A stretch of DNA of 64,000 nucleotides, from the sequence record PQ368571; one strand, given 5' to 3'. Positions 19,459-28,802 of this stretch are shown one piece after another. Below the pieces are notes generated by a model. That model was given only the letters and a program-made list of their open reading frames with translations. It ran no database searches and was not told the origin of the DNA. The stretch is from Escherichia phage ELT3. Every line of letters starts with the position of its first letter. The stretch's first letter is position 1. A program made the position numbers and the translations under genes.

Positions 19459-20028
19459 ATGATTCAATGTGTATTTGCGATCGGTGACACTAAAATGTCA
19501 GATGAAAATTGGGCTTTTGGTTTTAAAGGCGGTTTACCGTGGGGACGTCCAATCAAAAAGGACATGGAAAACTTTAAAATGCGCACTATGGGAGATGTTG
19601 ATTTTGCGGCGGTTGTAATGGGACGTAATACCTTTGAAAGTCTGCCTAAATCACTGGAAGGTCGTCTTAATGTGGTTATTAGCACCGATACCAGCAAGCC
19701 AGAACCGAAAGCTAAAAACGGCGACCAACCTGATGTGTATACTGGAATTGAATTGAAGGATCTGTTAAAAGTCCTGGAGAAAACGCAAGGTTTGGTAAGT
19801 GTTATCGGTGGACCTTCCCTGATTGAAAAAGCGGTTGACTTTGCGGACCGTATTGTGTTAACGTATGTTCAACGTTCAGGGATCAACGATCCATTTGAAT
19901 ATGATGTTGGTATCTCTAAGGAAATGATTCAGGAATTGTATTTTGACTTTGTAACCAAAGAAGAACATAATTACTTCCTTGATAATTACCTGATCAGCGA
20001 ACAAATTTTAGAACGTAAGAAGGCGTAA
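19459..20028 (+). CDS. frd: dihydrofolate reductase
   Basis: 189 aa; DHFR-like motifs (GLPW, VVMGR.TFESLP, VIGG); immediately upstream of td as in T4. Confidence 0.75.
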   Translation: MIQCVFAIGDTKMSDENWAFGFKGGLPWGRPIKKDMENFKMRTMGDVDFAAVVMGRNTFESLPKSLEGRLNVVISTDTSKPEPKAKNGDQPDVYTGIELKDLLKVLEKTQGLVSVIGGPSLIEKAVDFADRIVLTYVQRSGINDPFEYDVGISKEMIQELYFDFVTKEEHNYFLDNYLISEQILERKKA

Positions 20029-20029
20029 C

Positions 20030-20122
20030 ATGAAAATTCTGACAGATTATGAGTGCAAACATTGTGGTGAATCTTTGATGTTTGCTGGTAGTCGGTGCTT
20101 ACATTGCGGACGGGAACAATAA
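20030..20122 (+). CDS. putative zinc-ribbon micro-protein (30 aa)
   Basis: CKHCG...CLHCG motif; stop overlaps the next start (TAATG). Confidence 0.25.
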   Translation: MKILTDYECKHCGESLMFAGSRCLHCGREQ

Positions 20123-20391
20123 TGAAAGTCGGTATTATTCAATTATGGACGGCTACCAGTGAAAACTACGCAGTAGCCGTAGATTATTATGGTTTACAAT
20201 ATCTCTATGATGAAGCGAGCGCATCATGGCTTCCAGTACAGGAAAATAGCGACATTTCAAGACCTGCTACTGTATTCGACCGTGGCGTTGTCTTTATCGA
20301 TATTGACGAGACAGTAGCAAAACTGCGTAAGAAAGCAATCAACAAGAAAAAGGTGATGTGGGATGAAAGAATATTTGAAACTGTTGCGTGA
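20122..20391 (+). CDS. hypothetical protein (89 aa)
   Basis: ORF between frd and td; track ORF 20095..20391 trimmed to the ATG overlapping the upstream stop. Confidence 0.4.
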   Translation: MKVGIIQLWTATSENYAVAVDYYGLQYLYDEASASWLPVQENSDISRPATVFDRGVVFIDIDETVAKLRKKAINKKKVMWDERIFETVA

Positions 20392-21586
20392 TGTTCTTGA
20401 TAATGGTTGGCCTCGTGAAGACCGCACGGGGGTAGGTACGCTCTCTAAATTCGGTGCAGAGATGCGAATTGATTTAAGCAAGGGTTTCCCATTACTGACC
20501 ACTAAAAAGATGGCTACAGCCTCTGTAATTGGCGAATTGCTATGGTTTATGGAGGGATCACTTGACCGCCGTCGCTTACAGGAAATTACACGCGGCAAGT
20601 TTGACGAGGAAGCCTTTGATATTTGGCGCGGCAACTGTCTTGATATGAAAGAAAAGAATCCATTGCGATTCAATGGTTATAATGTCGGTAATATGTATGG
20701 TATGGCGTGGCGACGCAAACCGATTCATCCACATGGTGAAATCAAAATTAAGCGCGTTAAGAGCAAATATACACATACATTTAAGCACCCGTGGGTAGAA
20801 GACTTTACGCCAACCAATGACACAGAAGACCGTTTATGTGCTATCTGGCGTGGTATGCGTTATGAAGAGTTTGATTATATTCTGGTAGCAGACCACTGGA
20901 AGACTCAATCTAATTTTGTTAATGATGCATATTGCTTGTGGGGATTCCAGGAATGGGTAGATGATGGTTATTTCGGTTATCTGCTTGATAGTGATTATCT
21001 GGGTGGGGATATTATAGCACCGGATACCACGATGTTTGTTAGTATGGACGTAGACACATCAAGCACTAAAGACGATGAAGAATATGTCTATCGCCCGAAG
21101 ATTTGGGAAGACCAGTTACAAAAAGTTATTGACATGATCAAGAATGATCCATATAGTCGTCGTATTATCATTGATTCATGGAACGTACAGGAAACGCATA
21201 ATGCTGTGTTAGGTGTATGTCATCCGATGGTACAGTTTTATGTTTCCAACGACAACAAATTGAGTTGTTTATTTTTCATGCGTTCGAATGATCTCTTTTT
21301 AGGGAATCCGTTCAACGTAGCGAGCTATGCACTGTTAACGCATATCATCGCGAAGATTTGCGGGTTAGAAGTTGGCGAACTGGTTTATCAGTGTGGGGAT
21401 TGCCACATTTACAAAAACCATTTTGATCAAGTTATGGAACAGTTAAGCCGTGTTCCGTTTGATAAACCAACAATTGAGTTGCCGGAATTTAAATCTTTAG
21501 ATGAGGTATTGACAAAGACTCCGAAAGATTTTAAAATTCACAACTATCAAAGCCATCCAGCGATCACCGCTCAAATGGCAGTATAA
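20363..21586 (+). CDS. td: thymidylate synthase, intron-less, with a ~115-aa internal insertion
   Basis: ThyA motifs (DRTGVGT, GFPLLTTKK, RRIIIDSWNV, CHPMVQFYV, LSC.FFMRS.D.FLG.PFN.ASYALL, GDCHIY, C-terminal MAV); 407 aa versus 264-286 aa for E. coli/T4 enzymes. Confidence 0.85.
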   Translation: MKEYLKLLRDVLDNGWPREDRTGVGTLSKFGAEMRIDLSKGFPLLTTKKMATASVIGELLWFMEGSLDRRRLQEITRGKFDEEAFDIWRGNCLDMKEKNPLRFNGYNVGNMYGMAWRRKPIHPHGEIKIKRVKSKYTHTFKHPWVEDFTPTNDTEDRLCAIWRGMRYEEFDYILVADHWKTQSNFVNDAYCLWGFQEWVDDGYFGYLLDSDYLGGDIIAPDTTMFVSMDVDTSSTKDDEEYVYRPKIWEDQLQKVIDMIKNDPYSRRIIIDSWNVQETHNAVLGVCHPMVQFYVSNDNKLSCLFFMRSNDLFLGNPFNVASYALLTHIIAKICGLEVGELVYQCGDCHIYKNHFDQVMEQLSRVPFDKPTIELPEFKSLDEVLTKTPKDFKIHNYQSHPAITAQMAV

Positions 21587-21591
21587 ACAAA

Positions 21592-21607
21592 GGGGGCGAA
21601 AGCCCCC
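21592..21607 (+). promoter_or_regulatory. GNRA-tetraloop RNA hairpin (GGGGGC-GAAA-GCCCCC) between td and nrdA
   Basis: Perfect hairpin without a following U-tract; same sequence as the minus-strand transcript hairpin at 10774..10789. Confidence 0.4.
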
Positions 21608-21654
21608 AATATGGAGGATAAACTTGTTCCTGCTAAAATATGAAGTGAGGTAAT

Positions 21655-23898
21655 ATGATTAAAAATGTTGTTAAGTCTTCCGGTCTGACTGTTCCGTTTG
21701 AAAAAGAAAAAGTAATGAAAATTCTGGAAGCGGCAGCCGAAGGTCATAACGTTGATCCATATGAATTGTTTGATATGGTTGAACCACTTCTGACAGAAGG
21801 TATGTCTACCAATGATATCCAGAAAGTATTGATTAAGGTCGCAGCAGATAACATTACTGTCGAAACACCCGATTATCAATATGTAGCAAGTAACCTTGCA
21901 ATGTTCGCGCTTCGTAAATCAGTATACGGTCAATTCCAACCGATTGATTTTTACAGCCATATTGAGCGTAATATTGCAACCGGAAAATATGATCGCGAAA
22001 TTCTGCAAAAGTATTCCCGTGAAGAAGTGGAATATCTGGAGAAATTCATCGACCATAAACTTGATTTTAAAATGACCTATGCTGGTGCGATGCAGTTAAA
22101 AGAGAAATATCTTGTTCAGGATCGCAGCACTAAGAAAATCATCGAAACACCGCAATTTGCGTATATGCTGATCGGTATGTGCTTACATCAAGAAGAGACA
22201 GAAAATCGACTTGAACATGTGATTGATTTTTATAATGCTGTTGCGAATAAGCAAATCTCTCTGCCTACTCCGATTATGGCGGGTGTGCGTACTCCAACAC
22301 GACAATTTAGTTCGTGTGTGGTGATTGAAAGTGATGACTCATTGCAGGGTATTAATGAAACCGCAAATGCAATCATTAAGTATATTAGCAAGCGTGCTGG
22401 TATCGGTATCAACGCTGGCATGATTCGCGCGGAAGGATCTAAGATCGGGCATGGTGAAGTTCGTCATACTGGCGTTATCCCATTCTGGAAACATTTTCAG
22501 ACTGCCGTTAAGTCATGCTCACAAGGCGGTATTCGTGGCGGGGCAGCGACTCTCTATTACCCAATGTGGCATTTAGAATTTGAAAGTCTTATTGTGTTGA
22601 AGAATAACAAAGGGGTAGAAGATAACCGCATTCGTCATCTTGACTACGGCGTACAGATTAATAACCTGATGGTAGAGCGATTCCTTAAACGGGATTACAT
22701 TACTCTGTTTAGTCCAGATGTTGCGGGTGGCTTGTTGTGGGATCTGTACTTCCGAGATGAGGAAGGTTTCCGCCAGCTTTACGAAAAACTGGAAAAAGAT
22801 CCGAGTGTTCGTAAAACTCGTGTTAAAGCCGAAGACCTGTTTTTAGCGGTGGCAATTGAACGTTTTAACACTGGTCGAATCTACCCAACGTTCACAGACA
22901 ACATGAACAATCACGGGGCGTTTATTCGTAATGTAGCACCGATTAAACAATCTAACCTGTGTTGTGAAATTGCACTGCCTACTAAACCGATGGGTCGTGA
23001 TGATTCAGAGATCAGCCTATGCACTTTGGCAGCATATGTTTTAGGTAATTTCGATATCGAAAACATGGAAGAAGTAGAACGCATTGCTATGGTTATGGTG
23101 CGTGCACTTGACAACCTGTTAGATTATCAGGATTATCCTGTAGAACAAGCTCTGACAGCCAAAAAACGTCGCTCTCTGGGTGTTGGTGTTACTAACTTTG
23201 CATCATATCTAGCAGATAATTTCTTCACGTATGAAGACGCTAACGAGTTTACGCATAAAACGTTTGAACGCTTGCAATATGCTCTGATTAAGGCTAGTGT
23301 GCGACTGGCTAAAGAGAAGGGTGCTTGCGAACTGATGCACGAAACACGCTATGGTCGCGGTGAACTTCCTATCGACTGGTACAAAAAGACAGTAGATGAA
23401 CTGGTTGATCCGGTGTATGAGATGGATTGGGAAGAACTGCGCGAAGACCTGAAAAAATATGGCATTCGTAACAGTACGCTTTCGGCGCTGATGCCCTGTG
23501 AGTCGTCTTCTCAGGTGTCTAACAGCACAAACGGTATTGAACCGCCTCGCGGGATTGTATCGGTTAAAGGATCGAAAGAAGGGCAATTTAATCAGGTTAT
23601 TCCGAACGTAGAGAATAATGCTGATGTTATTGACCTGCTTTGGACACTGATCAAGAAAGGTAACAAGCCTTATCTGACACTGGCAGCGATCATGCAGAAG
23701 TTTGTGGATCAGGCGATTAGTTCCAATACATCCTATGATCCAAGCACTTATAAGACTGGTAAAGTCGATATTGCTGATGTGTTAGATGATATGTTGTTCG
23801 CTCAACATTACGGTCTGAAAACCCTGTATTATGCGAACGTTCGCGACGGTGCAGATGGTACGGAAGACGCTATCGAGTGCTCATCTTGCAAGCTGTAA
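21655..23898 (+). CDS. nrdA: ribonucleoside-diphosphate reductase large subunit
   Basis: 747 aa; class Ia RNR alpha motifs (N-terminal ATP cone, SNLC.EI, C-terminal C..CKL); synteny with nrdB. Confidence 0.9.
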   Translation: MIKNVVKSSGLTVPFEKEKVMKILEAAAEGHNVDPYELFDMVEPLLTEGMSTNDIQKVLIKVAADNITVETPDYQYVASNLAMFALRKSVYGQFQPIDFYSHIERNIATGKYDREILQKYSREEVEYLEKFIDHKLDFKMTYAGAMQLKEKYLVQDRSTKKIIETPQFAYMLIGMCLHQEETENRLEHVIDFYNAVANKQISLPTPIMAGVRTPTRQFSSCVVIESDDSLQGINETANAIIKYISKRAGIGINAGMIRAEGSKIGHGEVRHTGVIPFWKHFQTAVKSCSQGGIRGGAATLYYPMWHLEFESLIVLKNNKGVEDNRIRHLDYGVQINNLMVERFLKRDYITLFSPDVAGGLLWDLYFRDEEGFRQLYEKLEKDPSVRKTRVKAEDLFLAVAIERFNTGRIYPTFTDNMNNHGAFIRNVAPIKQSNLCCEIALPTKPMGRDDSEISLCTLAAYVLGNFDIENMEEVERIAMVMVRALDNLLDYQDYPVEQALTAKKRRSLGVGVTNFASYLADNFFTYEDANEFTHKTFERLQYALIKASVRLAKEKGACELMHETRYGRGELPIDWYKKTVDELVDPVYEMDWEELREDLKKYGIRNSTLSALMPCESSSQVSNSTNGIEPPRGIVSVKGSKEGQFNQVIPNVENNADVIDLLWTLIKKGNKPYLTLAAIMQKFVDQAISSNTSYDPSTYKTGKVDIADVLDDMLFAQHYGLKTLYYANVRDGADGTEDAIECSSCKL

Positions 23899-23906
23899 AA
23901 TAAGTG

Positions 23907-23966
23907 TTGACGCGGGGAGAAATCCCCGCTATAATACAACCATCAAAAACAAGTGAGGATTTTATT
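23907..23966 (+). promoter_or_regulatory. PeSL-like early promoter cassette (TTGACG, stem-loop gcggggagaaatccccgc, -10 TATAAT)
   Basis: -35 at 23907-23912, -10 at 23930-23935, stem-loop between them. Confidence 0.6.
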
Positions 23967-24134
23967 ATGACCAAATTAAAATGTGTTGCTGTAGATTTTT
24001 AGCTAGCTGATAGCTTTGTTGTCGGTGATGAATATGATGCTCGAAATGATGGGGCTTGCTACTACGTTGAGGATGAATATGGCGTAGAATGGGCTATTCT
24101 TCCTGATGATAAATGCTTTGAGGTTGTCGAATAA
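23967..24134 (+). other. Small ORF interrupted by an in-frame amber (TAG) codon at 24000..24002 (11 aa, then 44 further in-frame codons)
   Basis: ATG follows cassette leader/RBS; frame stays open after the TAG up to TAA at 24132. Confidence 0.35.
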
Positions 24135-24307
24135 TGGCTACTGTATGGTTATTGATTGCAATCAGCCATTCAATGTATAATTACGGAAATATGTCAAGCA
24201 TTGAATTTGCAACAAAGCAGGATTGCGTTAAAGCTCGCGAGATTATCCGCGAAGACAATAAACGCTTTATGAATCTATATTGCGTTGAAAAACAGAAGGT
24301 GAACTAA
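24134..24307 (+). CDS. small protein with hydrophobic N-terminus (57 aa), tandem paralog 1
   Basis: MATVWLLIAIS...; start overlaps upstream stop (TAATG). Confidence 0.4.
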   Translation: MATVWLLIAISHSMYNYGNMSSIEFATKQDCVKAREIIREDNKRFMNLYCVEKQKVN

Positions 24308-24474
24308 TGGCTACAATATGGTTATTGCTTTCCGTTAGCGTAGGCGTATATAATAAAGGAACTGTTACCAGCGTAGAGTTTTCATCACATCAAAATTGTT
24401 TTGAAGCTGTGCAGGAATTGCAGCAGGATAGCGAAATAAACAGAAATACTAAGTTCTTTTGTGTTAAAAAGTGA
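24307..24474 (+). CDS. small protein with hydrophobic N-terminus (55 aa), tandem paralog 2
   Basis: MATIWLLLSVS...; paralog of 24134..24307; overlapping TAATG junction. Confidence 0.4.
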   Translation: MATIWLLLSVSVGVYNKGTVTSVEFSSHQNCFEAVQELQQDSEINRNTKFFCVKK

Positions 24475-24489
24475 TAGTGAGGTGAATTA

Positions 24490-25653
24490 ATGAGCGTATT
24501 TAACCGCGAACATGTTGATATTATGAACGAACCGATGTTTCTGGGTAGTGGGTTGGGTATCGCTCGCTATGATATTCAGCGTCATCAAGTATTTGAAGAA
24601 TTAATTGAAAAATCTCTGTCATTTTTCTGGCGTCCAGAAGAGATTTCACTTGCAACCGACCGCATTCAATATCTTAATATGGGTGACGTTGAAAAGCGTT
24701 TCTTTACTGAAAACTTGAAGTATCAGACATTACTTGATTCTATTCAAGGTCGCGCACCGTCCGCAGCATTTGGTCCAATTGTATCTGATCCAACTCTCGA
24801 TACATGGTTGCAAACATGGACATTCAGCGAAACGATTCATAGCCGAAGCTATACACACATTATGCGTAACTGTTTCATTGATCCGGCTAGTGAGTTCGAC
24901 CAGATCATCGATAACCCTGCTATCATGAAGCGAGCGGAATCTATCGGGAAATATTATGATGATGTTCTGGTGAAAATCCGTGAATACGAGGACGCTAAAG
25001 AAAGTTTTAGTCGTTCTTCTGAAAATGAATTTGACCTTGATGCATATTCTGATAGCATTTCGTACGTGGAAGAAACTAAACGCAATCTGATGGAATCACT
25101 CTATCTGTGTATGCATTGCGTTAATGCACTGGAGGCAATCCGTTTTTATGTGTCCTTTGCATGTACTTTCAGCTTTGCCGAACGTGGTTTACTGGAAGGT
25201 AACGCGAAGATCATGAAATTTATTGCGCGTGATGAACAACTTCACTTAAAAGGCACACAATACATTATTCGTCAATGGCAAACGGGGGTTGATGGTGATG
25301 AGTGGAAACAGATTGCGGAAGAACTTGAAGGCGAAGCAACGAAAATCTTTCTGGATGTTGTCGAGCAAGAAAAAGAATGGGTAGACCACCTATTCGCAAT
25401 GGGGGCAATTCCTGGCTTGTCACCGGAAATTCTGAAAACCTATGTAGAATACCTGGCAGATTCCCGTATGCGTGCTGTCGGACTGAAAAGCCCGTTTAGT
25501 GTTCGTCGTCATCCGTTACCGTGGATGCGTAAATGGTTAAACTCTGACGAAGTTCAAAACGCGGCACAAGAAGTAGAGATTATGTATCTGGTATCTCAGG
25601 TTAATACCGATTTAACAGACGATGACTACAACCGATTCGGGAAATATCTATGA
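24490..25653 (+). CDS. nrdB: ribonucleoside-diphosphate reductase small subunit (intron-less)
   Basis: 387 aa; R2 motifs (FFWRPEE, iron-ligand E/H residues, acidic C-terminal tail); synteny. Confidence 0.9.
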   Translation: MSVFNREHVDIMNEPMFLGSGLGIARYDIQRHQVFEELIEKSLSFFWRPEEISLATDRIQYLNMGDVEKRFFTENLKYQTLLDSIQGRAPSAAFGPIVSDPTLDTWLQTWTFSETIHSRSYTHIMRNCFIDPASEFDQIIDNPAIMKRAESIGKYYDDVLVKIREYEDAKESFSRSSENEFDLDAYSDSISYVEETKRNLMESLYLCMHCVNALEAIRFYVSFACTFSFAERGLLEGNAKIMKFIARDEQLHLKGTQYIIRQWQTGVDGDEWKQIAEELEGEATKIFLDVVEQEKEWVDHLFAMGAIPGLSPEILKTYVEYLADSRMRAVGLKSPFSVRRHPLPWMRKWLNSDEVQNAAQEVEIMYLVSQVNTDLTDDDYNRFGKYL

Positions 25654-26126
25654 TATATTTTGTCGATTTAGATTTTACGATCACAGATCCAACACATCGG
25701 CTAGCAAAGATGCCAACCGAAAATCTTGATAAAGTCGAGTCATGGATCGAATATAACAAGGCATGTGGGGGAGATTCCCCCATTTACGATGTAATTCGTG
25801 TTATTAATGCTCTTTCCGACAACGGGCATTTGATTTACATCCTCACCGGACGAAGTTCACATGCTTACATGGAAACAATTGATTGGTTAATTTCTAACGG
25901 GGTGTGTTTTGATAAAATCTTTATGAGAGGCCGTACCGATTCCCGTAAAGACTATCACATCAAATTAGAGGTAATTAAATCCTTTGATAAAGATGAAGTT
26001 GTCGGAGTCTTTGAGGATAACCCAGAAGTGATTAAAGTTTTGCGTGAAAATGGTTATCGTGTCTTTGACGTAGGAAATCACAAAGATAAGACGCGAGCGG
26101 ATATTGCAAATCACGGTCATGATTAA
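25650..26126 (+). CDS. HAD-superfamily phosphatase-like protein (putative nucleotidase)
   Basis: N-terminal DLDFT (DxDxT), ILTGR, later K and FEDNPE motifs; occupies the position where T4 has denA. Confidence 0.45.
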   Translation: MIYFVDLDFTITDPTHRLAKMPTENLDKVESWIEYNKACGGDSPIYDVIRVINALSDNGHLIYILTGRSSHAYMETIDWLISNGVCFDKIFMRGRTDSRKDYHIKLEVIKSFDKDEVVGVFEDNPEVIKVLRENGYRVFDVGNHKDKTRADIANHGHD

Positions 26127-26136
26127 TGTTTGTTCA

Positions 26137-26166
26137 AAGTCGCCCAATAGTGGCGACTTTTTTTGT
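26137..26166 (+). terminator. Intrinsic terminator
   Basis: agtcgcccaatagtggcgact hairpin followed by a T-run. Confidence 0.6.
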
Positions 26167-26175
26167 TATTGGGTG

Positions 26176-26226
26176 TTGACAATCGGATCTTGCCATAGCA
26201 TAATACACATCGAAACGGAGGAACAT
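26176..26226 (+). promoter_or_regulatory. Early promoter (TTGACA-N17-CATAAT) with cassette-type leader
   Basis: -35 at 26176-26181, -10 at 26199-26204; leader 'acatcgaaacggaggaacat'. Confidence 0.55.
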
Positions 26227-26445
26227 ATGGAAACAGAAGAACAAGTCATTGCATATTTTCATCGTAAAAAGATGAAACTTAGAATCGAAAAGCAGTACAT
26301 CAATCACTACATTGACCGAGTTCACTTAACAAGTACACCTTACCTATTCCGGTTGATAAACCCTAGAAAACGGTGGGAGAAGTTGGATAGAAACACAAAA
26401 ATAATTGATAAGCTAACCCAATGGTGGAATGAATACAACAAGTAA
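26227..26445 (+). CDS. hypothetical protein (72 aa)
   Basis: ATG after promoter leader; the longer track ORF would overlap the promoter. Confidence 0.45.
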   Translation: METEEQVIAYFHRKKMKLRIEKQYINHYIDRVHLTSTPYLFRLINPRKRWEKLDRNTKIIDKLTQWWNEYNK

Positions 26446-26452
26446 AAAGTAG

Positions 26453-26519
26453 TTGACACTGAATAACGGGGGTAGTAATATACCCCCATCGAAACGAAAT
26501 ACACTTTAAGGAGAATCAA
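26453..26519 (+). promoter_or_regulatory. PeSL-like early promoter cassette (stem-loop gggggtagtaatataccccc)
   Basis: TTGACA at 26453, -10 TAATAT at 26476, conserved leader ...gaaacgaaat...aaggagaatcaa. Confidence 0.6.
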
Positions 26520-26669
26520 ATGAACAACTTTGACGCGGTACTGAAAATGGCAATCGAAACTTACGCGGAGATCTCCGGCGAGAAAGTAGAGGACATTATC
26601 AAAGAATGTCAGAATTTTGAAAGCCAGACAGCCAAGAATGTTCAAATGTTGATGTTTGCGGTTGCATAA
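26520..26669 (+). CDS. hypothetical small protein (49 aa)
   Basis: ORF immediately after cassette RBS. Confidence 0.45.
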   Translation: MNNFDAVLKMAIETYAEISGEKVEDIIKECQNFESQTAKNVQMLMFAVA

Positions 26670-26678
26670 AAAAAGCAG

Positions 26679-26740
26679 TTGACAGCATATCACGGGAGTA
26701 GTAAGATACTCCCATACCAAAACAACTAAGGAGTATCAAG
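26679..26740 (+). promoter_or_regulatory. PeSL-like early promoter cassette (stem-loop gggagtagtaagatactccc)
   Basis: TTGACA at 26679, -10 TAAGAT at 26702. Confidence 0.65.
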
Positions 26741-27139
26741 ATGATTAAATTTCAAACTCGCAAAGACGTTCTGGACTTCGTTAAAGTTTTCGGTTACGCT
26801 GCATTGCAACATGCAATGGACAAAATGACCATCTCCCCAGATCAGACTATGCTGATCCGTATGGTTAAAGCAACCGCCTACAAAAACGACATTACCCTCT
26901 CAGAAATCAACGACGGTAATACTGTTCGCGAGGTAATTGTTTCTTTCGAATCACCGAAAATTGGCGGTTTTCATACCACGATGTTAGGTGAAATCACTGT
27001 CACTGTATACGGGCAAGGTGGCGGAGTGTTTACCGTCAAAGAAGCAATGGAAAACGGAACACTAAACAAAGAAAAACTGGAATTTGTCCTGAAAATCATC
27101 AAGGAGCGTAACGAAGCTCGCGATATTCTGGAAAGTTAA
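26741..27139 (+). CDS. hypothetical protein (132 aa)
   Basis: ORF after cassette; followed by a terminator. Confidence 0.5.
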   Translation: MIKFQTRKDVLDFVKVFGYAALQHAMDKMTISPDQTMLIRMVKATAYKNDITLSEINDGNTVREVIVSFESPKIGGFHTTMLGEITVTVYGQGGGVFTVKEAMENGTLNKEKLEFVLKIIKERNEARDILES

Positions 27140-27145
27140 TAAGGT

Positions 27146-27170
27146 GGGCGGGAGAAATCCCGCCTTTGTT
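27146..27170 (+). terminator. Intrinsic terminator
   Basis: gggcgggagaaatcccgcc followed by tttgtt. Confidence 0.6.
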
Positions 27171-27189
27171 GTGACGTGAGGAAAGGATA

Positions 27190-27444
27190 ATGATTAATGA
27201 GCTAATAGAAAACTATGGATTCGTTAAATATTCATGTTTAGAGTGTAAAGATGGTGATGTGATTCTGCCGCCTCAGAAGAACCGTTTAAATGTTCTTTAC
27301 GCTATTGTTGTTGATGATGAACTGGTATATATATTGGTCAGACTGTCAATCTCAGAAAGCGGATCAATTATTACCGGACTAGCATTAACAGACAAACACC
27401 AACAGCGGATACTCGCAAGAGTAAGAATATTCATAAGGCGCTAG
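27190..27444 (+). CDS. hypothetical protein (84 aa)
   Basis: ORF with RBS GAGGAAAGGA upstream. Confidence 0.4.
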   Translation: MINELIENYGFVKYSCLECKDGDVILPPQKNRLNVLYAIVVDDELVYILVRLSISESGSIITGLALTDKHQQRILARVRIFIRR

Positions 27445-27588
27445 AGGAAGGTAAGACAGTAACATTCTATTACCGACAGTGCTTTGAGTTGTACATCGAG
27501 AATCCAACGGGTAAGGATATTATAAGCACTGCCGATATCGAAGAACCTGTTTTGATCACCAAATTTAAACCAGAATGGAACACAAATT

Positions 27589-28758
27589 ATGTCAACAAAA
27601 GAAAACAACAAAAAAGTTTTAGCATTGTTCAAAAATCTGATGGCACTATGTGACGGATCTGATACGTTCTATTACAAAGATGAAATTACGGCGATGCAAA
27701 CCCGTATGCGCATTTTTAGCTATCTGTACTTGAGCAAACCGGAAATGTGGAATAAACCAGATGCGTTAGAGTGTCGCGGGATCATGTTTGAAATTGACGA
27801 TAAAGGTCGTCCGGTCCGCATCGCATCTCGTCCTATGGAGAAGTTTTTTAATTTGGGTGAGAATGATCGCGCTCGCTTTAAGCCGGAAGATGTGGAAATG
27901 GTCATGGACAAAATGGACGGTAGTCTAGTAAGCACATACATTGATAACGGCTATGTTCAGTTGAAGTCTAAAGCGGCCTTGTACTCAAGCCAGGCAGAGA
28001 GAGCAAACGGTCTTCTGTATTCAGAGAAGTATGCGGATCTACGCGCTAAGATTGCTGATATTGGGTCTGATTATACTTTCAACTTTGAATATACAGCACC
28101 CAGCAACCGAATTGTTGTAGAATATTCTGAACCGTCGCTAACACTTCTGAATGTACGCCATAACGTCACAGGAGAGTACGTACCGCATCAAATGCTATTT
28201 GCTGACGCAATCCTACGTCCTCATCTGGTAAATGCGTTACAGGTTGATTCAGCGCGTTTTAGCAATATTCTTGATGAAGTTAGGACCGCAGAAGGTATCG
28301 AAGGAATTGTTGCACGCACTAAAGACGGTCAAATGTTCAAAGTGAAGAGTGAATGGTATATTGGTGTGCATAACATTAAAAACACATCGATGTTTCCTAA
28401 TAACCTGATCTACTATGTCGTAGAAAGCGAAACCGATGATTTGCGTGCTGCATATGAAGGCGAACCGGAAGCACTGGAACGAATCGAGCTATTCGAGGAA
28501 GCATTCAGGTCTATTCTTCGCAATGCCTTCACGACAGCAACAGAATTTTATAACGCACACGCGGGAGAAGACAGAAAGACATATGCATCCAATGCGACGA
28601 TCGAATCAAGTAAACATGGTGATGCACAAGCATATATTTTCATGTGTCTGATGATTGCATTTGATGGCCTTGATTATGACCGTATTCTGAATTCAATGAA
28701 AACTTACTATCTACGGAATTATAAGAAACTTATTCCGGCTGATAAGATTGATTGGTAA
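27589..28758 (+). CDS. rnlA: RNA ligase 1
   Basis: 389 aa; similarity to T4 Rnl1 as recalled (PDALECRGIMFE, RPMEKFFNL, KxDGSLVSTY nucleotidyltransferase motif, C-terminal NYKK.IP). Confidence 0.88.
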   Translation: MSTKENNKKVLALFKNLMALCDGSDTFYYKDEITAMQTRMRIFSYLYLSKPEMWNKPDALECRGIMFEIDDKGRPVRIASRPMEKFFNLGENDRARFKPEDVEMVMDKMDGSLVSTYIDNGYVQLKSKAALYSSQAERANGLLYSEKYADLRAKIADIGSDYTFNFEYTAPSNRIVVEYSEPSLTLLNVRHNVTGEYVPHQMLFADAILRPHLVNALQVDSARFSNILDEVRTAEGIEGIVARTKDGQMFKVKSEWYIGVHNIKNTSMFPNNLIYYVVESETDDLRAAYEGEPEALERIELFEEAFRSILRNAFTTATEFYNAHAGEDRKTYASNATIESSKHGDAQAYIFMCLMIAFDGLDYDRILNSMKTYYLRNYKKLIPADKIDW

Positions 28759-28764
28759 TAATAA

Positions 28765-28788
28765 GCGGGGCTAGTTCCCCGCCTTTTG
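28765..28788 (+). terminator. Intrinsic terminator after rnlA
   Basis: gcggggctagttccccgc followed by cttttgt. Confidence 0.55.
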
Positions 28789-28802
28789 TCGTTGGGGGTA
28801 AT

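Noticed and set aside
20700-21060. Possible intein in thymidylate synthase
   Set aside because: The insertion lacks an N-terminal Cys/Ser and the C-terminal His-Asn plus nucleophile boundary, so it is reported as an insertion domain instead.
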